DNA of 64,000 bases from Myxococcota bacterium (GCA_963169055.1 CAUJFU010000312.1:4179-68178), one strand, 5' to 3'; shown: positions 10,669-20,901, numbered from the stretch's first letter. The notes: generated by a model not told the origin, from the sequence alone. Numbers and translations: made by a program.

Positions 10669-11460
10669 ATGAAGAAGATGATGAGTTTGTTGACGATGGT
10701 GACGTGCTTTGGAGCCTCACAAGCCAAGGCACAGCCGCCCCAAAACCACCACAACCCACGGCTCTCCAAAGCAGCATGGGTGGCGATGTTGGACAAAGGG
10801 GAACAACTCGCTAACGCGGTGAATTCTCGCCAACGACTGCAAGGCACACAACTGTTGCTTCGCTCACAAAAACTCGCGCCATCCGAATTCAAAACGCTGG
10901 TGGCTGCAAGCCGCGCAAGCATGTTGCGAGGGTTTGCCTCCTCCAAGCCCGAAGAGATGGTGCGTTGGGGAAAGCGCGGATGGGCGTATGGACGCGAGAT
11001 CGTCCGACGTTGGCCAGAACGCGCAGAAGGTTACTACTGGTCAGCGATCCACCTTGGCTTGATATCCAAAGGTAGCGCCCCAACCACCGTGCTTTTCAAC
11101 GGCTATCACACTCAAATGGAGAAGATGGCCCAGATCGGCATCCAAAAATCGCCTGATTCTTATCTAGGCATCGGACAACGTATCCTCGGACGATACTACT
11201 TCCGCCTTCCTTGGCCGATGCGCGACATCAACAAATCATTGCGCTATCTTCGCGTCGCCTACCGACTCGCCCCCAACGATGCACTCGCGGTGTTCTATTA
11301 CGCCGAAACACTCTGGGAACTTGGCCAGAAAGACACCGCCAAAGCTCTCTATCGTCGCTGTGCAAAGATCCCTTCCAACCGCCCCCTTGCCCACCCTGTC
11401 CAACTGCCGATGCGTGATGCCGTCCAACGCTGCCGCAAAAAACTTCACGATCTGCACTAA
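10669..11460 (+). CDS. Secreted TPR-like repeat protein
   Basis: ATG at 10669 gives a signal peptide, MKKMMSLLTMVTCFGASQAKA. Helical repeat content with TPR-like segments (LRYLRVAYRLAPNDALAVFYYAETLWELGQKDTAKALYRR). Preceded by a ~300-bp AT-rich region. Confidence 0.6.
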   Translation: MKKMMSLLTMVTCFGASQAKAQPPQNHHNPRLSKAAWVAMLDKGEQLANAVNSRQRLQGTQLLLRSQKLAPSEFKTLVAASRASMLRGFASSKPEEMVRWGKRGWAYGREIVRRWPERAEGYYWSAIHLGLISKGSAPTTVLFNGYHTQMEKMAQIGIQKSPDSYLGIGQRILGRYYFRLPWPMRDINKSLRYLRVAYRLAPNDALAVFYYAETLWELGQKDTAKALYRRCAKIPSNRPLAHPVQLPMRDAVQRCRKKLHDLH

Positions 11461-11511
11461 AGACCGATACACCGCACGTTCCAGCACCGCCTCAAAGGCT
11501 CAGAAGGTAGA

Positions 11512-12897
11512 TCAGGAAAGGCGCACCCGCGCCCGCTGAATCGATTCTCTCACACGATGCGGGGCCGTCCCACCGGGAACATCCTTTCCTGCCAACGTCG
11601 CATCAAGCGACACCGCAACAAAGATATCTTCCTCAAACAACGCAGAGTACGAACGAAACGCCTCCAAAGACATCTCGCCGATCTCTTTGCCTTGTTGAAG
11701 TCCCAAAACGACGATCTGTCCGACCACTTCATGCGCTTTGCGAAAAGGCATCCCCTTCCGTACAAGATAATCCGCTACTTCGGTGGCATTTAGATATCCC
11801 CGTGACGCCGCAGCAAGCATCTTTTCACGCCGCACCTTGAGCCCACGGATCACGATCTCCATCACCGCCAACGACTCGATCACCGTATCAACCGTGTCAA
11901 ACAATGGCTCTTTGTCTTCTTGAAGATCCTTGTTGTAGCACAGCGGCAGCCCCTTTGTGACCGTCAATAACGCCATCTGATGCCCCACCACACGACCCGT
12001 TTTTCCGCGAATTAACTCCAAGGCATCAGGGTTTTTCTTTTGTGGCATCAGCGAAGAACCTGTCGACACCTTATCGCTCATCTCCACAAATCCGAACTCG
12101 TTGGACGTGTACAAGATCAGATCTTCGCTCAATCGGCTGAGATGGATCATCACCAAAGAAGCCGCAGCAAGGGTCTCGATCACAAAGTCCCGATCGCTCA
12201 CCGCGTCCATACTGTTATACGTGATCTCCTCGAACCCAAGGGCTTTCGCCAACGCCTCTCGATCAATCGCATGGTTGTTTCCTGCCAAAGCCCCCGAACC
12301 AAGGGGCAGACGGTTCGTGCGGCGTCGTGCGTCTTGAAAACGCTCCAGATCCCGCGCAAACATCTCGACGTACGCCATCAAGAAATGCCCAAATAACACA
12401 GGCTGCGCCTTCTGTAAGTGCGTATAACCCGGCATCGGCGTATCGACATTCGCTTCAGCCACATCCAATAAAGCCCGTTGCAGCGACACAAGCTGCGCAT
12501 CGATCGCGTCGATCGCTTCGCGCACAAACAACCGTACATCCGTAGCGACCTGATCATTGCGCGAACGCCCTGTGTGTAGCTTGTGCGCAACACTCCCGAT
12601 CTGCTTGAACAGTTCGCTTTCTACGAAGCTATGGACATCTTCGGCCCCTGCCGCCACCCCCGCTGCCAACCACGCAGAATCCGACGCCCCACGCTCCAAC
12701 AGCGTTCGTAATCCCTCTTGGATCTGACGTAGTTCTTGCTGCTCCAAGATCCCCGCTCCAGCGATCGCCTCGGCATAAGCGAGGCTTCCACGCACATCCA
12801 CCGAAAACAATCGCTGATCAAACGAGAATGATTCGTTGTACCGCGCAAAACGAGCATCCGCTTCTTCTTGAAAACGACCGCCCCACAGCTTCGACAT
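11512..12897 (-). CDS. argH: Argininosuccinate lyase
   Basis: MSKLWGGRF N-terminus. Fumarate-lyase family signature GSSLMPQKKNPD. Full-length (~461 aa). ATG at 12897. Confidence 0.93.
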   Translation of the reverse strand: MSKLWGGRFQEEADARFARYNESFSFDQRLFSVDVRGSLAYAEAIAGAGILEQQELRQIQEGLRTLLERGASDSAWLAAGVAAGAEDVHSFVESELFKQIGSVAHKLHTGRSRNDQVATDVRLFVREAIDAIDAQLVSLQRALLDVAEANVDTPMPGYTHLQKAQPVLFGHFLMAYVEMFARDLERFQDARRRTNRLPLGSGALAGNNHAIDREALAKALGFEEITYNSMDAVSDRDFVIETLAAASLVMIHLSRLSEDLILYTSNEFGFVEMSDKVSTGSSLMPQKKNPDALELIRGKTGRVVGHQMALLTVTKGLPLCYNKDLQEDKEPLFDTVDTVIESLAVMEIVIRGLKVRREKMLAAASRGYLNATEVADYLVRKGMPFRKAHEVVGQIVVLGLQQGKEIGEMSLEAFRSYSALFEEDIFVAVSLDATLAGKDVPGGTAPHRVRESIQRARVRLS

Positions 12898-13226
12898 GAT
12901 CAACACCTCCCACACAGACACTCCACACCACAAACCGCTCTCGCAATCCGTTGACATCGGATCTCACGACACAAGCATTGCGGTATAAACAACGAGATCC
13001 ACAAGGTCAAGGGTTCTCTGCTTCGATGATTTCGTGTGGCTTGTTGCACCATCACACACATCGGCGCGCCCAACACAGCCAAATTTCTGCATGGTGCTCA
13101 ACAGCATGGTCGAAAGCCCTGATGGATGCGCTCTTTTCGCCGTTTGCGCGAAAGTGTTGACAGCCCGCAAAGAAGGGAGTAGCCTCCCCCGCAAAAATCA
13201 AGCGACCCAAACAAGGAGCATTCGCA

Positions 13227-14357
13227 ATGTCCGAACAACAGGCCCGCCGCACTCCCCTCTACGAAAAACACAAAGCCCATCACGCCCGCATCGTCGACTT
13301 TGCAGGTTGGGAGATGCCGATCCAATACGAAGGGATCGTTGCTGAACACAACAAAGTTCGCCAACATGCCGGACTCTTCGATGTTTCCCACATGGGCCGC
13401 GTCGAACTCTTCGGAAAAGGCGCTCTGACCGCGATCCAACATTGGATCACCAACGATGCAGCCCGCCTGTCCGATGGACAATCGCTTTACACACCGATCT
13501 GCTACCCCAGCGGCGGCATCGTAGACGATTGTCTCGTCTATCGCCTCCAAGAAGCCCACTACATCATCGTGATCAACGCCTCAAACCGCGACAAAGACTT
13601 TGCTTGGTTCCAAGAAAACATCCCCGCCGAAGCCAAAGCCGACCTCGTGATGAAAACGCCCGAAGATGGCGACAAATGGGCGCTGATCGCGATCCAAGGC
13701 CCACAAGCCCGTTCGATGCTCAACGCCCTCGCCACCACCGACCTCACGCCGCTCAAGCACAACCAACTCACCACCACCACCCTCGCGGGTATCGCCGAAT
13801 GTATGGCCGCTTGTACGGGATACACAGGCGAAGATGGTTTCGAGATCTTCGTCCCCACCCAAAAAGCCACCGCTCTCTGGGACGCGCTGATCGACAAAGG
13901 AGCCGCACCCATCGGCCTTGGCGCACGCGACACGTTGCGCATGGAGATGCGTTATCCCCTCTACGGCAACGATATCGATCAAACCACCAACCCGATCGAG
14001 GCCGGACTGAGCTGGACCGTCAAGCCCGAAAAAGGCCCCTTCCTCGGACGCGATGCCATCCTTGAACAGATCCAAAACAAACCTTCCCGCCGCCTCGTTG
14101 GCATCCAACTCACCGATCGCGGTGTCCCCCGACACGGCTACAAGATCTTCGATGCAGACGGGCAAAACGAGATCGGCATCCTCACTTCTGGCGGCTTTTC
14201 CCCCAGCCTCCAACAATCTATCGGGATCGGCTATGTCCCCGCCCTTCCCCAGTACACCAAACCCGGAAGCTCCCTCACCATCGATATCCGCAACAAAAAA
14301 CTCGCGGCCCAAGTCGTCAAAACCCCCTTCTATACCAAACCCAACGAGATCGCCTAA
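13227..14357 (+). CDS. gcvT: Glycine cleavage system T protein (aminomethyltransferase)
   Basis: RBS aaggag followed by ATG. Sequence RRTPLYEKHKAHHARIVDFAGWEMPIQY and full-length GcvT architecture (376 aa). Confidence 0.93.
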   Translation: MSEQQARRTPLYEKHKAHHARIVDFAGWEMPIQYEGIVAEHNKVRQHAGLFDVSHMGRVELFGKGALTAIQHWITNDAARLSDGQSLYTPICYPSGGIVDDCLVYRLQEAHYIIVINASNRDKDFAWFQENIPAEAKADLVMKTPEDGDKWALIAIQGPQARSMLNALATTDLTPLKHNQLTTTTLAGIAECMAACTGYTGEDGFEIFVPTQKATALWDALIDKGAAPIGLGARDTLRMEMRYPLYGNDIDQTTNPIEAGLSWTVKPEKGPFLGRDAILEQIQNKPSRRLVGIQLTDRGVPRHGYKIFDADGQNEIGILTSGGFSPSLQQSIGIGYVPALPQYTKPGSSLTIDIRNKKLAAQVVKTPFYTKPNEIA

Positions 14358-14493
14358 ACAAAACCACTCAACAAAACCGCCGAAGCGACACCACACCAAC
14401 TCCATCGCCGAAGCGACACCACACCCATGCAACCCTTGACACAAGAACCCCCCCCACAAGAAGGGGTCGATTCGCACACGAGGAGTCTAATCC

Positions 14494-14871
14494 ATGAAAT
14501 TTCCAAGAAACCTCCGTTATACCGAAGACCACGAATGGATCAACCCCGAAACAGGCTTGATGGGGATCACGGATCACGCACAAGATCAGCTTGGTGATGT
14601 CGTATACCTCGACTTCTCCGCGAAATCCAATCAATCCATCGCCCACAAAGATGTCCTCGGAACCATCGAGTCGGTCAAAACTGTCTCGGATATCTATTCG
14701 CCGATCAGCGGCAAGATCCTCGATATCAACGAAGCACTCGCCAAATCCCCCGAGCTCGTCAACACCGACCCCTACGGCGCGGGCTGGCTGTATCGCGTCG
14801 AGATCGCTGATCACTCCGAACTAGACGGCCTCATGGACGCCGACGCCTACATCAAACACACAGGCCATTGA
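14494..14871 (+). CDS. gcvH: Glycine cleavage system H protein (lipoyl carrier)
   Basis: RBS aggag. Sequence KFPRNLRYTEDHEWI and the lipoyl-lysine motif ESVKTVS. 125 aa. Confidence 0.93.
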   Translation: MKFPRNLRYTEDHEWINPETGLMGITDHAQDQLGDVVYLDFSAKSNQSIAHKDVLGTIESVKTVSDIYSPISGKILDINEALAKSPELVNTDPYGAGWLYRVEIADHSELDGLMDADAYIKHTGH

Positions 14872-14897
14872 TCTTTCGCAGCTCTACATCCCCAACA

Positions 14898-14970
14898 GAC
14901 TCCGCATCACCCACAAGCTCTGCCTCCCCTATAGGCTCCGCATCGCCTACAAGATCCGCATCGCCCACCC
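14898..14970. repeat. Triple imperfect direct repeat (CTCCGCATCRCCYACAAG-like, ~20 bp units)
   Basis: gactccgcatcacccacaag, ggctccgcatcgcctacaag and atccgcatcgcccaccc, lying directly after the gcvH stop and upstream of the 15174 lipoprotein gene. Confidence 0.4.
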
Positions 14971-15173
14971 TCTCCCCGATGATGACCTGAAGCAAGACCC
15001 CCTCCCTCGCAGATATCTCCCTGCCTCGTTGACATCTTTTCGCCTTCTGTCGCATCGTACCCTCCAGACGAAGCTTCTTTGGGCACAAGCGCTACGCCGC
15101 CCACCACGCACGGAACAACGCAAGCATGTCGACACAAGTCTGTTCAAAAAAGAATGGGGCCTTTTTCTGTTGG

Positions 15174-17078
15174 ATGCGCCGCACCTTCCTACAACATCCG
15201 CTATGTTGGCTTGGCATCATTCTGCTCAACACACTCAGCGGATGCCAATGCGAGGATGATTATCGAGAACGTGTCGAGATCAAAGTCTCCATCGAATCCC
15301 CCAAACCCGGCCACGTCTCAGGGATCATCCCTGTTCGCATCGAAGTGTCTCCTGATCAAACCATCCACCACGTCTCGCTATGGCTCACCCCCCAACAACG
15401 CACCCGCACCACCCAACAAACCGAACGCACCCTCGCCGAGATCCACCAAGCCCCTTACTCCTTCCAATGGGGAACCTTTCAAGTCCCCGATGGCTTCTAT
15501 CATCTCAAAGCCATCGCACACGATCAGTTCGGCAGCACCATCGAATCGCGCATCACCCTCGTGCAAGTCCTCAACGAACCGCCACGCCTATGGTTTGTCA
15601 ACTGCTACGACGGACAATGGATCCGCGATACTTACGCCCTGCTTGTCGCCATCAACCAAAGCAACACACAGCTTGGCGCACCGCCCACCCTCTCGATCGA
15701 CGGCCAACAAGGCCCGACCACCGCTGAATTCATCGCGCCCTATCGCTTCTTGCTCCCCACCCAAAACTTCCAAGATGGCACAACCCTTCACCTCAACGTC
15801 GAAGGAACGGATCTGCGCGGCAATCTCAGCCGTATCACCTGCACTCCGCGCATCGACAACACCCCTCCCACCGTACGTTTCATCGAACCTGAAAAAGAAG
15901 ATACCCTTGTCGGTCGCTCTTTCCTCGTTCGCTTCGATGCCCAAGATCGCTTTGGCGTACGCGAAGTTCGGCTACTCGTCGATGGGAGCGGATGCTCGGA
16001 CCTCTCCGCAGCCACAGGCGTCAAAAATCCCTACTGCCCCGAACCCAACGCACCGTGGGTCGGTCGAAAAGCCCCCGACTTTCCAATCTACATCACCCTC
16101 CCTGCCTCTTACAACCGAGAACAAAGCATCGTCCTCTCCGCCCGTGCCCTTGATGAAGCCGGCAACCTCACCGATCCGCCCACCCAGATCCGCATCCGCA
16201 TCGATCCTATTCCCCCCGAGATCTTCATCCGCACCCCGGGCGAAGGGCAAGTCTTTGAAGACCAAGTCAAACTCGCCACACGCATCACCGATAACCACCA
16301 ACTCGCACAAGTCGTCGTCTCCCTCAAAAGCGAACAAACCAAAAAAACGTGGGAACTCCACAAAAAAACCTACACCACCCCCGAGATCACCGAAGAGATC
16401 ACACTCAAAGACCTCCGCAAACAATACGGAACAGGCCGCTTTGTTTTCTCGATCAAAGCCACCGATGCTTCGGGAAATATCGCCACTCAAGAACGCCTGT
16501 TTTTGGTTGGATGTGTCGACTCCACAGATTGCACAGGCGGTCAGATCTGCCACAAGACCCGTTGCCTCACCCCTGCTCGGCTCGGCGAACGCTGCCATAC
16601 TGATCTCCCCTGTGAGATCGGAACCGATTGCGTCCTCGGCAACGCGCCCGTCTGTACGACCTCTCCGCAAACTTATTGCCGCCAACGCTGCAACCCCGGA
16701 AATCAATTTGTCTCCGCCGATCCCTGCGACAAAGGCTATTATTGCGATCGCAACACCAAAACGTGCCTTCCCACCGAGACTTGCACCCCTCTCGGCAGCG
16801 ATTGCCCAAACGGAACACACTGCATCGTTGCCGATGACGATGCCTCTTATTGCGTTCCCATCGGCCCCAACCCGCTCGGTAGCTCTTGCCAACAAAGCTG
16901 CAGCGCCCAAGGCAACTGCACCCGCAACGCTTGGTGCATCATCCTGATCAATCTCGGCCGTACCGTCTGCGCCCAAGTCTGCGACACACAGCGCCCTGCC
17001 TGCCCCACAGGCGAACGCTGTAATCCGCTGATCTGGAGTTTTGGCGGAAAGCCCCTTCGCTACGGGGTTTGCCAATGA
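15174..17078 (+). CDS. Secreted lipoprotein with Ig-like (Big-type) domains and a C-terminal Cys-rich domain
   Basis: Start at MRRTFLQHPLCWLGIILLNTLSGC (lipobox LSGC). Repeated TPPTVRFIEPE and IPPEIFIRTPGEGQ Ig-like segments. C-terminal ~170 aa holds more than 20 Cys (GCVDSTDCTGGQICHKTRC...). Paralog of 19048..20877. Confidence 0.7.
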   Translation: MRRTFLQHPLCWLGIILLNTLSGCQCEDDYRERVEIKVSIESPKPGHVSGIIPVRIEVSPDQTIHHVSLWLTPQQRTRTTQQTERTLAEIHQAPYSFQWGTFQVPDGFYHLKAIAHDQFGSTIESRITLVQVLNEPPRLWFVNCYDGQWIRDTYALLVAINQSNTQLGAPPTLSIDGQQGPTTAEFIAPYRFLLPTQNFQDGTTLHLNVEGTDLRGNLSRITCTPRIDNTPPTVRFIEPEKEDTLVGRSFLVRFDAQDRFGVREVRLLVDGSGCSDLSAATGVKNPYCPEPNAPWVGRKAPDFPIYITLPASYNREQSIVLSARALDEAGNLTDPPTQIRIRIDPIPPEIFIRTPGEGQVFEDQVKLATRITDNHQLAQVVVSLKSEQTKKTWELHKKTYTTPEITEEITLKDLRKQYGTGRFVFSIKATDASGNIATQERLFLVGCVDSTDCTGGQICHKTRCLTPARLGERCHTDLPCEIGTDCVLGNAPVCTTSPQTYCRQRCNPGNQFVSADPCDKGYYCDRNTKTCLPTETCTPLGSDCPNGTHCIVADDDASYCVPIGPNPLGSSCQQSCSAQGNCTRNAWCIILINLGRTVCAQVCDTQRPACPTGERCNPLIWSFGGKPLRYGVCQ

Positions 17079-17140
17079 TCTCACGCTGGTTTCTCGATCT
17101 TCTCTCGTCTACATTCTCTCGCTGGATTCTCACTTTGCCG

Positions 17141-19036
17141 ATGCAATGGCGTCTTCCGCGCTCACAGTCCAATGTACGCACATCTTGTCGCTCGCTCTTG
17201 CTTTTTCTCCCCCTGTTTCTCTCGCTCGGGTCATGCAGCAACAAAGGCGGCCCCTGTCAAGAAGACAAAGACTGCCCACCCCGCACCTATTGCAACAGTT
17301 TCCAAAAGCTCTGTATCGACGGTTGCCGCTACCATATCGAATGCGAAAAAGGCCAAGTCTGCGTCGGCAACCAATGCGCTCCCACCCAAGAGGACAAAGA
17401 CAAAGACGGCTTCCCTCCTCCCCTTGATTGCAACGACAACGATCCACTAATTAAGCCGGGAAACGACGAATACTGCGGAAACAACGTTGACGACAACTGC
17501 AACGGACAGATCGACGAACTGGGTTGTATCAAGGTTGAATGCACCCCGGGTGAGACACGCGATTGCTACGATGGACTCGAAAAAACCCTCACCTTCCCGG
17601 GAACGCAATGCAAAAAAGGCCGTCAATCCTGCAATAGCACAGGGATCTGGGGTGTCTGCCAAGGCCAAGTCCTACCCGCCGCCGAGATCTGCGATGGACT
17701 CGACAACGATTGCGACGGCCAAGTCGACAACGACGCCGATGGAAAGGCCCTTTCGCGTCCATGCTACAGCGGCCCCAAAACTGCCGCAGGGATCGGCGCT
17801 TGCAAAGAAGGGCGCGAACGCTGCAACAACAAAAGCTGGTCTTCTTGTGAAGACGAGATCCTTCCCACCACCGAAAGCTGCGATGGGATCGACAATGACT
17901 GCGACGGCCAAGTCGATAACGTCCAAGGAACCGGCCAACGCTGCGAAACCCAACAACAAGGCGTCTGCAAAACAGGCACTACGGCATGCCACCCACCGAC
18001 AGGCAAAGTGGCTTGCATCCCCGATACATCGGCCTCGTCCGAGATCTGCGGCGACAACCTTGACAACGACTGCGACGGGCAGATCGACAACGGTTGCACC
18101 TACCAACCTTTTTCGATCACCATCCCACCGTCTTATCCGCACTATACCGCTCTCTCTGCAACATGGGGGGCGGTCTCTTTGCGCGATACAAAAAAAGTCT
18201 TGCTCTTTGATCGACAAAACGATCCTCCCCGACTCACCCACACCATCGACCTCTCCGAATCTCCCACAGGGATCGCCCTCGATAGCGATCACGCCTACGT
18301 TCAACTTCCCCAATCCGTCGAAAAGATCTCGCTCAAGGATGGCACGCACGCAACCTTTGTGACCCTACCCAAACGTGACCACAGCGGAGATCTTTTGCTC
18401 TTTCAAGGCCGACTAGTCGGTCGATTTCGGGGACAAGACGCGGTCGGCGCTCCTGAAGCGGGCCTATGTCGCGTCGATATCGCCTCCCAACAGATCCTCT
18501 GCAACGCACTGCCTTCGACACAAACGGCCATCGGCCAAAACACCTATCCTTTCGGGCTTTACTTTCTTCTTGCAGGCGCAACACATCTGCTTTGGATCGA
18601 CGGGTTGCAACTGACGGAAACCACCACACGCACGCTCGCTCTCCCCGCAGGAGCCGATCAGATCGCCGTCGAAAGCGATCTTGCCCGCGCTGTCGTCACC
18701 AACCCGACCAAGCGCGCATTCTACATCGTCGATCTCAACCAGCGACAACTGCTCAACACCCTCACGCTCTCCGATCAACAAGGCGGCGATGCGGCTCCCG
18801 GCCCCGTGATCGCTTTCGATGGCATCGCAGCCATCGGCCACCGCGATGGCGGGGTGATCTCGATCCTCGATCTCCAAACCCGCCAGATCACGCGGCAGAT
18901 CAAACTCGGCCTTGGCATCCTTGGCCTTGCGGTGTCGCCGCCCAACGCCCAAAAACAACGCGAGATCTGGGCCGCAAGCGCAGGAGACAACACCCTCTGG
19001 CGTATCCTTCTTCCGCCCCCGTCCCCCCAACCCTAG
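17141..19036 (+). CDS. Lipoprotein with four MopE-like putative metal-binding motifs (CDGxDNDCDGQxDN) and a C-terminal beta-propeller-like region
   Basis: Signal and lipobox ...LLLFLPLFLSLGSC. Motifs EICDGLDNDCDGQVDND, ESCDGIDNDCDGQVDNV, EICGDNLDNDCDGQIDNGC and DCNDNDPLIKPGNDEYCGNNVDDNCNGQIDE. Alternative start at ATG 17075, which overlaps the upstream stop as ATGA. Confidence 0.7.
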   Translation: MQWRLPRSQSNVRTSCRSLLLFLPLFLSLGSCSNKGGPCQEDKDCPPRTYCNSFQKLCIDGCRYHIECEKGQVCVGNQCAPTQEDKDKDGFPPPLDCNDNDPLIKPGNDEYCGNNVDDNCNGQIDELGCIKVECTPGETRDCYDGLEKTLTFPGTQCKKGRQSCNSTGIWGVCQGQVLPAAEICDGLDNDCDGQVDNDADGKALSRPCYSGPKTAAGIGACKEGRERCNNKSWSSCEDEILPTTESCDGIDNDCDGQVDNVQGTGQRCETQQQGVCKTGTTACHPPTGKVACIPDTSASSEICGDNLDNDCDGQIDNGCTYQPFSITIPPSYPHYTALSATWGAVSLRDTKKVLLFDRQNDPPRLTHTIDLSESPTGIALDSDHAYVQLPQSVEKISLKDGTHATFVTLPKRDHSGDLLLFQGRLVGRFRGQDAVGAPEAGLCRVDIASQQILCNALPSTQTAIGQNTYPFGLYFLLAGATHLLWIDGLQLTETTTRTLALPAGADQIAVESDLARAVVTNPTKRAFYIVDLNQRQLLNTLTLSDQQGGDAAPGPVIAFDGIAAIGHRDGGVISILDLQTRQITRQIKLGLGILGLAVSPPNAQKQREIWAASAGDNTLWRILLPPPSPQP

Positions 19037-19047
19037 CGAGGAACACC

Positions 19048-20877
19048 ATGCACACCCGTCTGTTCGCCTCTTTCGCGCTGTGTCTGGGTCTTCTCCTCGC
19101 ACCCACCGCTTGCACAACGCTCATCGACCCAAACACCGTCTCGATCCAGATCCGACAACCGACCGCCGAAACACAAGTGACAGGCTTTGCTTTGGTTGAG
19201 ATCGATTCTAATCAAACACGCGAGATCAAAGAACTTCTGATCGGACTTCGCAGCCAGAAAGAAAACAAGCTGCTCAAGATCCTCCACCGCACCCAACCCG
19301 ACCGATTCCCCTATCTTTACGAGTGGGATACCACCGCCGATCTTGACGGACCCTACGAGATCTTTGTCCAAGTCTTGCTCACAGGACAAACAGTCGCCCA
19401 AAAAGCCGTTGCACCCGTATGGATCGTCAACGGTCAAGCACGACTTCGCTTCAAAGAATGTCAACAAGGCGCACTCATCCTCCGCGATCAAGTCAAACTC
19501 ACCCTCGAATGGCTCGATACTCCACCCAACCTCCCCCCCACACCCGTCGAATTGTATGTCCAAGGCATCGCACAATCTCGCCTCGAAGGCCCACCCTACA
19601 TCTTTGATGTGGATCTCTCCGCACTTCCGCACGCCACCGAAACCACCCTCTCTGCCGTCGTCTTGCGTGGACTCTATCGCGGAACCACCAGCCTTTGCAC
19701 CGCTTACATCGATCGCCAAGGCCCCAAACTCCAATTCCTCTTTCCCGATGCGAACACCCAAACGGTTCCCCTCCAATTCACCGCCCTTTTGGAGATCCAA
19801 GAAGACTTTGGCCTCAACAAGATCGAGATCCTCGCCACCGCACAAGGCCAACCACCCATCGTCGTTGGCACACGCAACGCCCCTCCATTTCAGATCAGCG
19901 TCGACCTCTCGGCCTTTCAACACCAACAAGCCATCACCCTCCAAGCTGTTGGAACCGACAACGTCGGAAATATCACCCCCGCCCCGCCCTCGCTCCAAGT
20001 CACCCTTGATGCCAACCCCCCCACCATCGAGATCCTTTCTCCTCAACCCAACGCCCCACACCTCGGGCGCATCCGCTTTGAAGCCCGCGCCCGTGACGAA
20101 GCTGGCCTCGCCTCGGTCGCCTTTTACCTCGAAGACGAAAAAGGCCAACGCCTCGACAACTTACTCTTTCAAAAAGCCCCCATCACCTCCGATACCTTCC
20201 AAGCCGAAGTTCAAGCCGCGATATCCCTCTATGGCCCGGGAGAACGCCGCTTTGTGGTGATCGCCACCGACCAACACCAAAACCAGACCACCCAACGCCT
20301 CACCTTTTTGATCGGCTGCCTACGCGATGCCGATTGCCCCGCCCAAAACCCTCCCTACCAATGTCGCGGAAACCGCTGTCTTATCCCCGAAAAACTGGGG
20401 GGGCCCTGCGATTACGACTTCTCTTGCGAAGGCGACCTCCTTTGCACTCGTCGGGGCATCACTTGGTGCGCCAAAGAAAAACTCGGCATCTGCCGCCAAT
20501 CCTGCCTCAGCCGAAACGACTGCCCCAACGGATACTTTTGCTTGATCGACGGCGGAAAAGGCGTTTGCTTCCCCGGGGATCCATGCAGCCCCTTTACCGC
20601 CAACTGCGCAAGCAACGAACAATGCGCTCCTTGGGGCAAAGACTCCTTCGTCTGCTTGCCCGTAGGGGGCGGCAGCGAAGGCTCGCCCTGCACGCCTCTT
20701 AGCTGCGACGCCTCCAAAGGCTGCCAACGTGGGTACGCTTGCCTTTCCTCTGGAAACAGCGGTGTCTGCAAGCGCCTCTGCGATCAAGACTATCCCTCCC
20801 GCGATTGCACCAACCGTAGCTGCGTCACGTTCCCTCTACGCGACGGACAAACCAACAAGATCGGCTATTGCCGCTAA
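19048..20877 (+). CDS. Secreted Ig-like/Cys-rich protein, paralog of 15174..17078
   Basis: ATG at 19048 gives MHTRLFASFALCLGLLLAPTAC (signal peptide). Same architecture, Ig-like repeats then a Cys-rich tail (LIGCLRDADCPAQNPPYQCRGNRC...). Starts 12 bp after the upstream stop. Confidence 0.7.
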   Translation: MHTRLFASFALCLGLLLAPTACTTLIDPNTVSIQIRQPTAETQVTGFALVEIDSNQTREIKELLIGLRSQKENKLLKILHRTQPDRFPYLYEWDTTADLDGPYEIFVQVLLTGQTVAQKAVAPVWIVNGQARLRFKECQQGALILRDQVKLTLEWLDTPPNLPPTPVELYVQGIAQSRLEGPPYIFDVDLSALPHATETTLSAVVLRGLYRGTTSLCTAYIDRQGPKLQFLFPDANTQTVPLQFTALLEIQEDFGLNKIEILATAQGQPPIVVGTRNAPPFQISVDLSAFQHQQAITLQAVGTDNVGNITPAPPSLQVTLDANPPTIEILSPQPNAPHLGRIRFEARARDEAGLASVAFYLEDEKGQRLDNLLFQKAPITSDTFQAEVQAAISLYGPGERRFVVIATDQHQNQTTQRLTFLIGCLRDADCPAQNPPYQCRGNRCLIPEKLGGPCDYDFSCEGDLLCTRRGITWCAKEKLGICRQSCLSRNDCPNGYFCLIDGGKGVCFPGDPCSPFTANCASNEQCAPWGKDSFVCLPVGGGSEGSPCTPLSCDASKGCQRGYACLSSGNSGVCKRLCDQDYPSRDCTNRSCVTFPLRDGQTNKIGYCR

Positions 20878-20901
20878 ATGCGACTTCTGGAGGAACATTG
20901 C

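Noticed and set aside
15079-17084. ORFs 15079..16947 (+, 622 aa) and 15972..17084 (-, 370 aa)
   Set aside because: Alternative-frame and antisense shadows of the 15174..17078 lipoprotein gene. Their translations are Ser/Pro/Ala or Gly/Ala low-complexity with no motifs.
18466-19047. 5' extension of ORF 18466..20877
   Set aside because: Overlaps the 3' half of gene 17141..19036 in another frame and translates to Arg/His-rich nonsense. A signal-peptide ATG at 19048, with an upstream purine-rich site, is the credible start.
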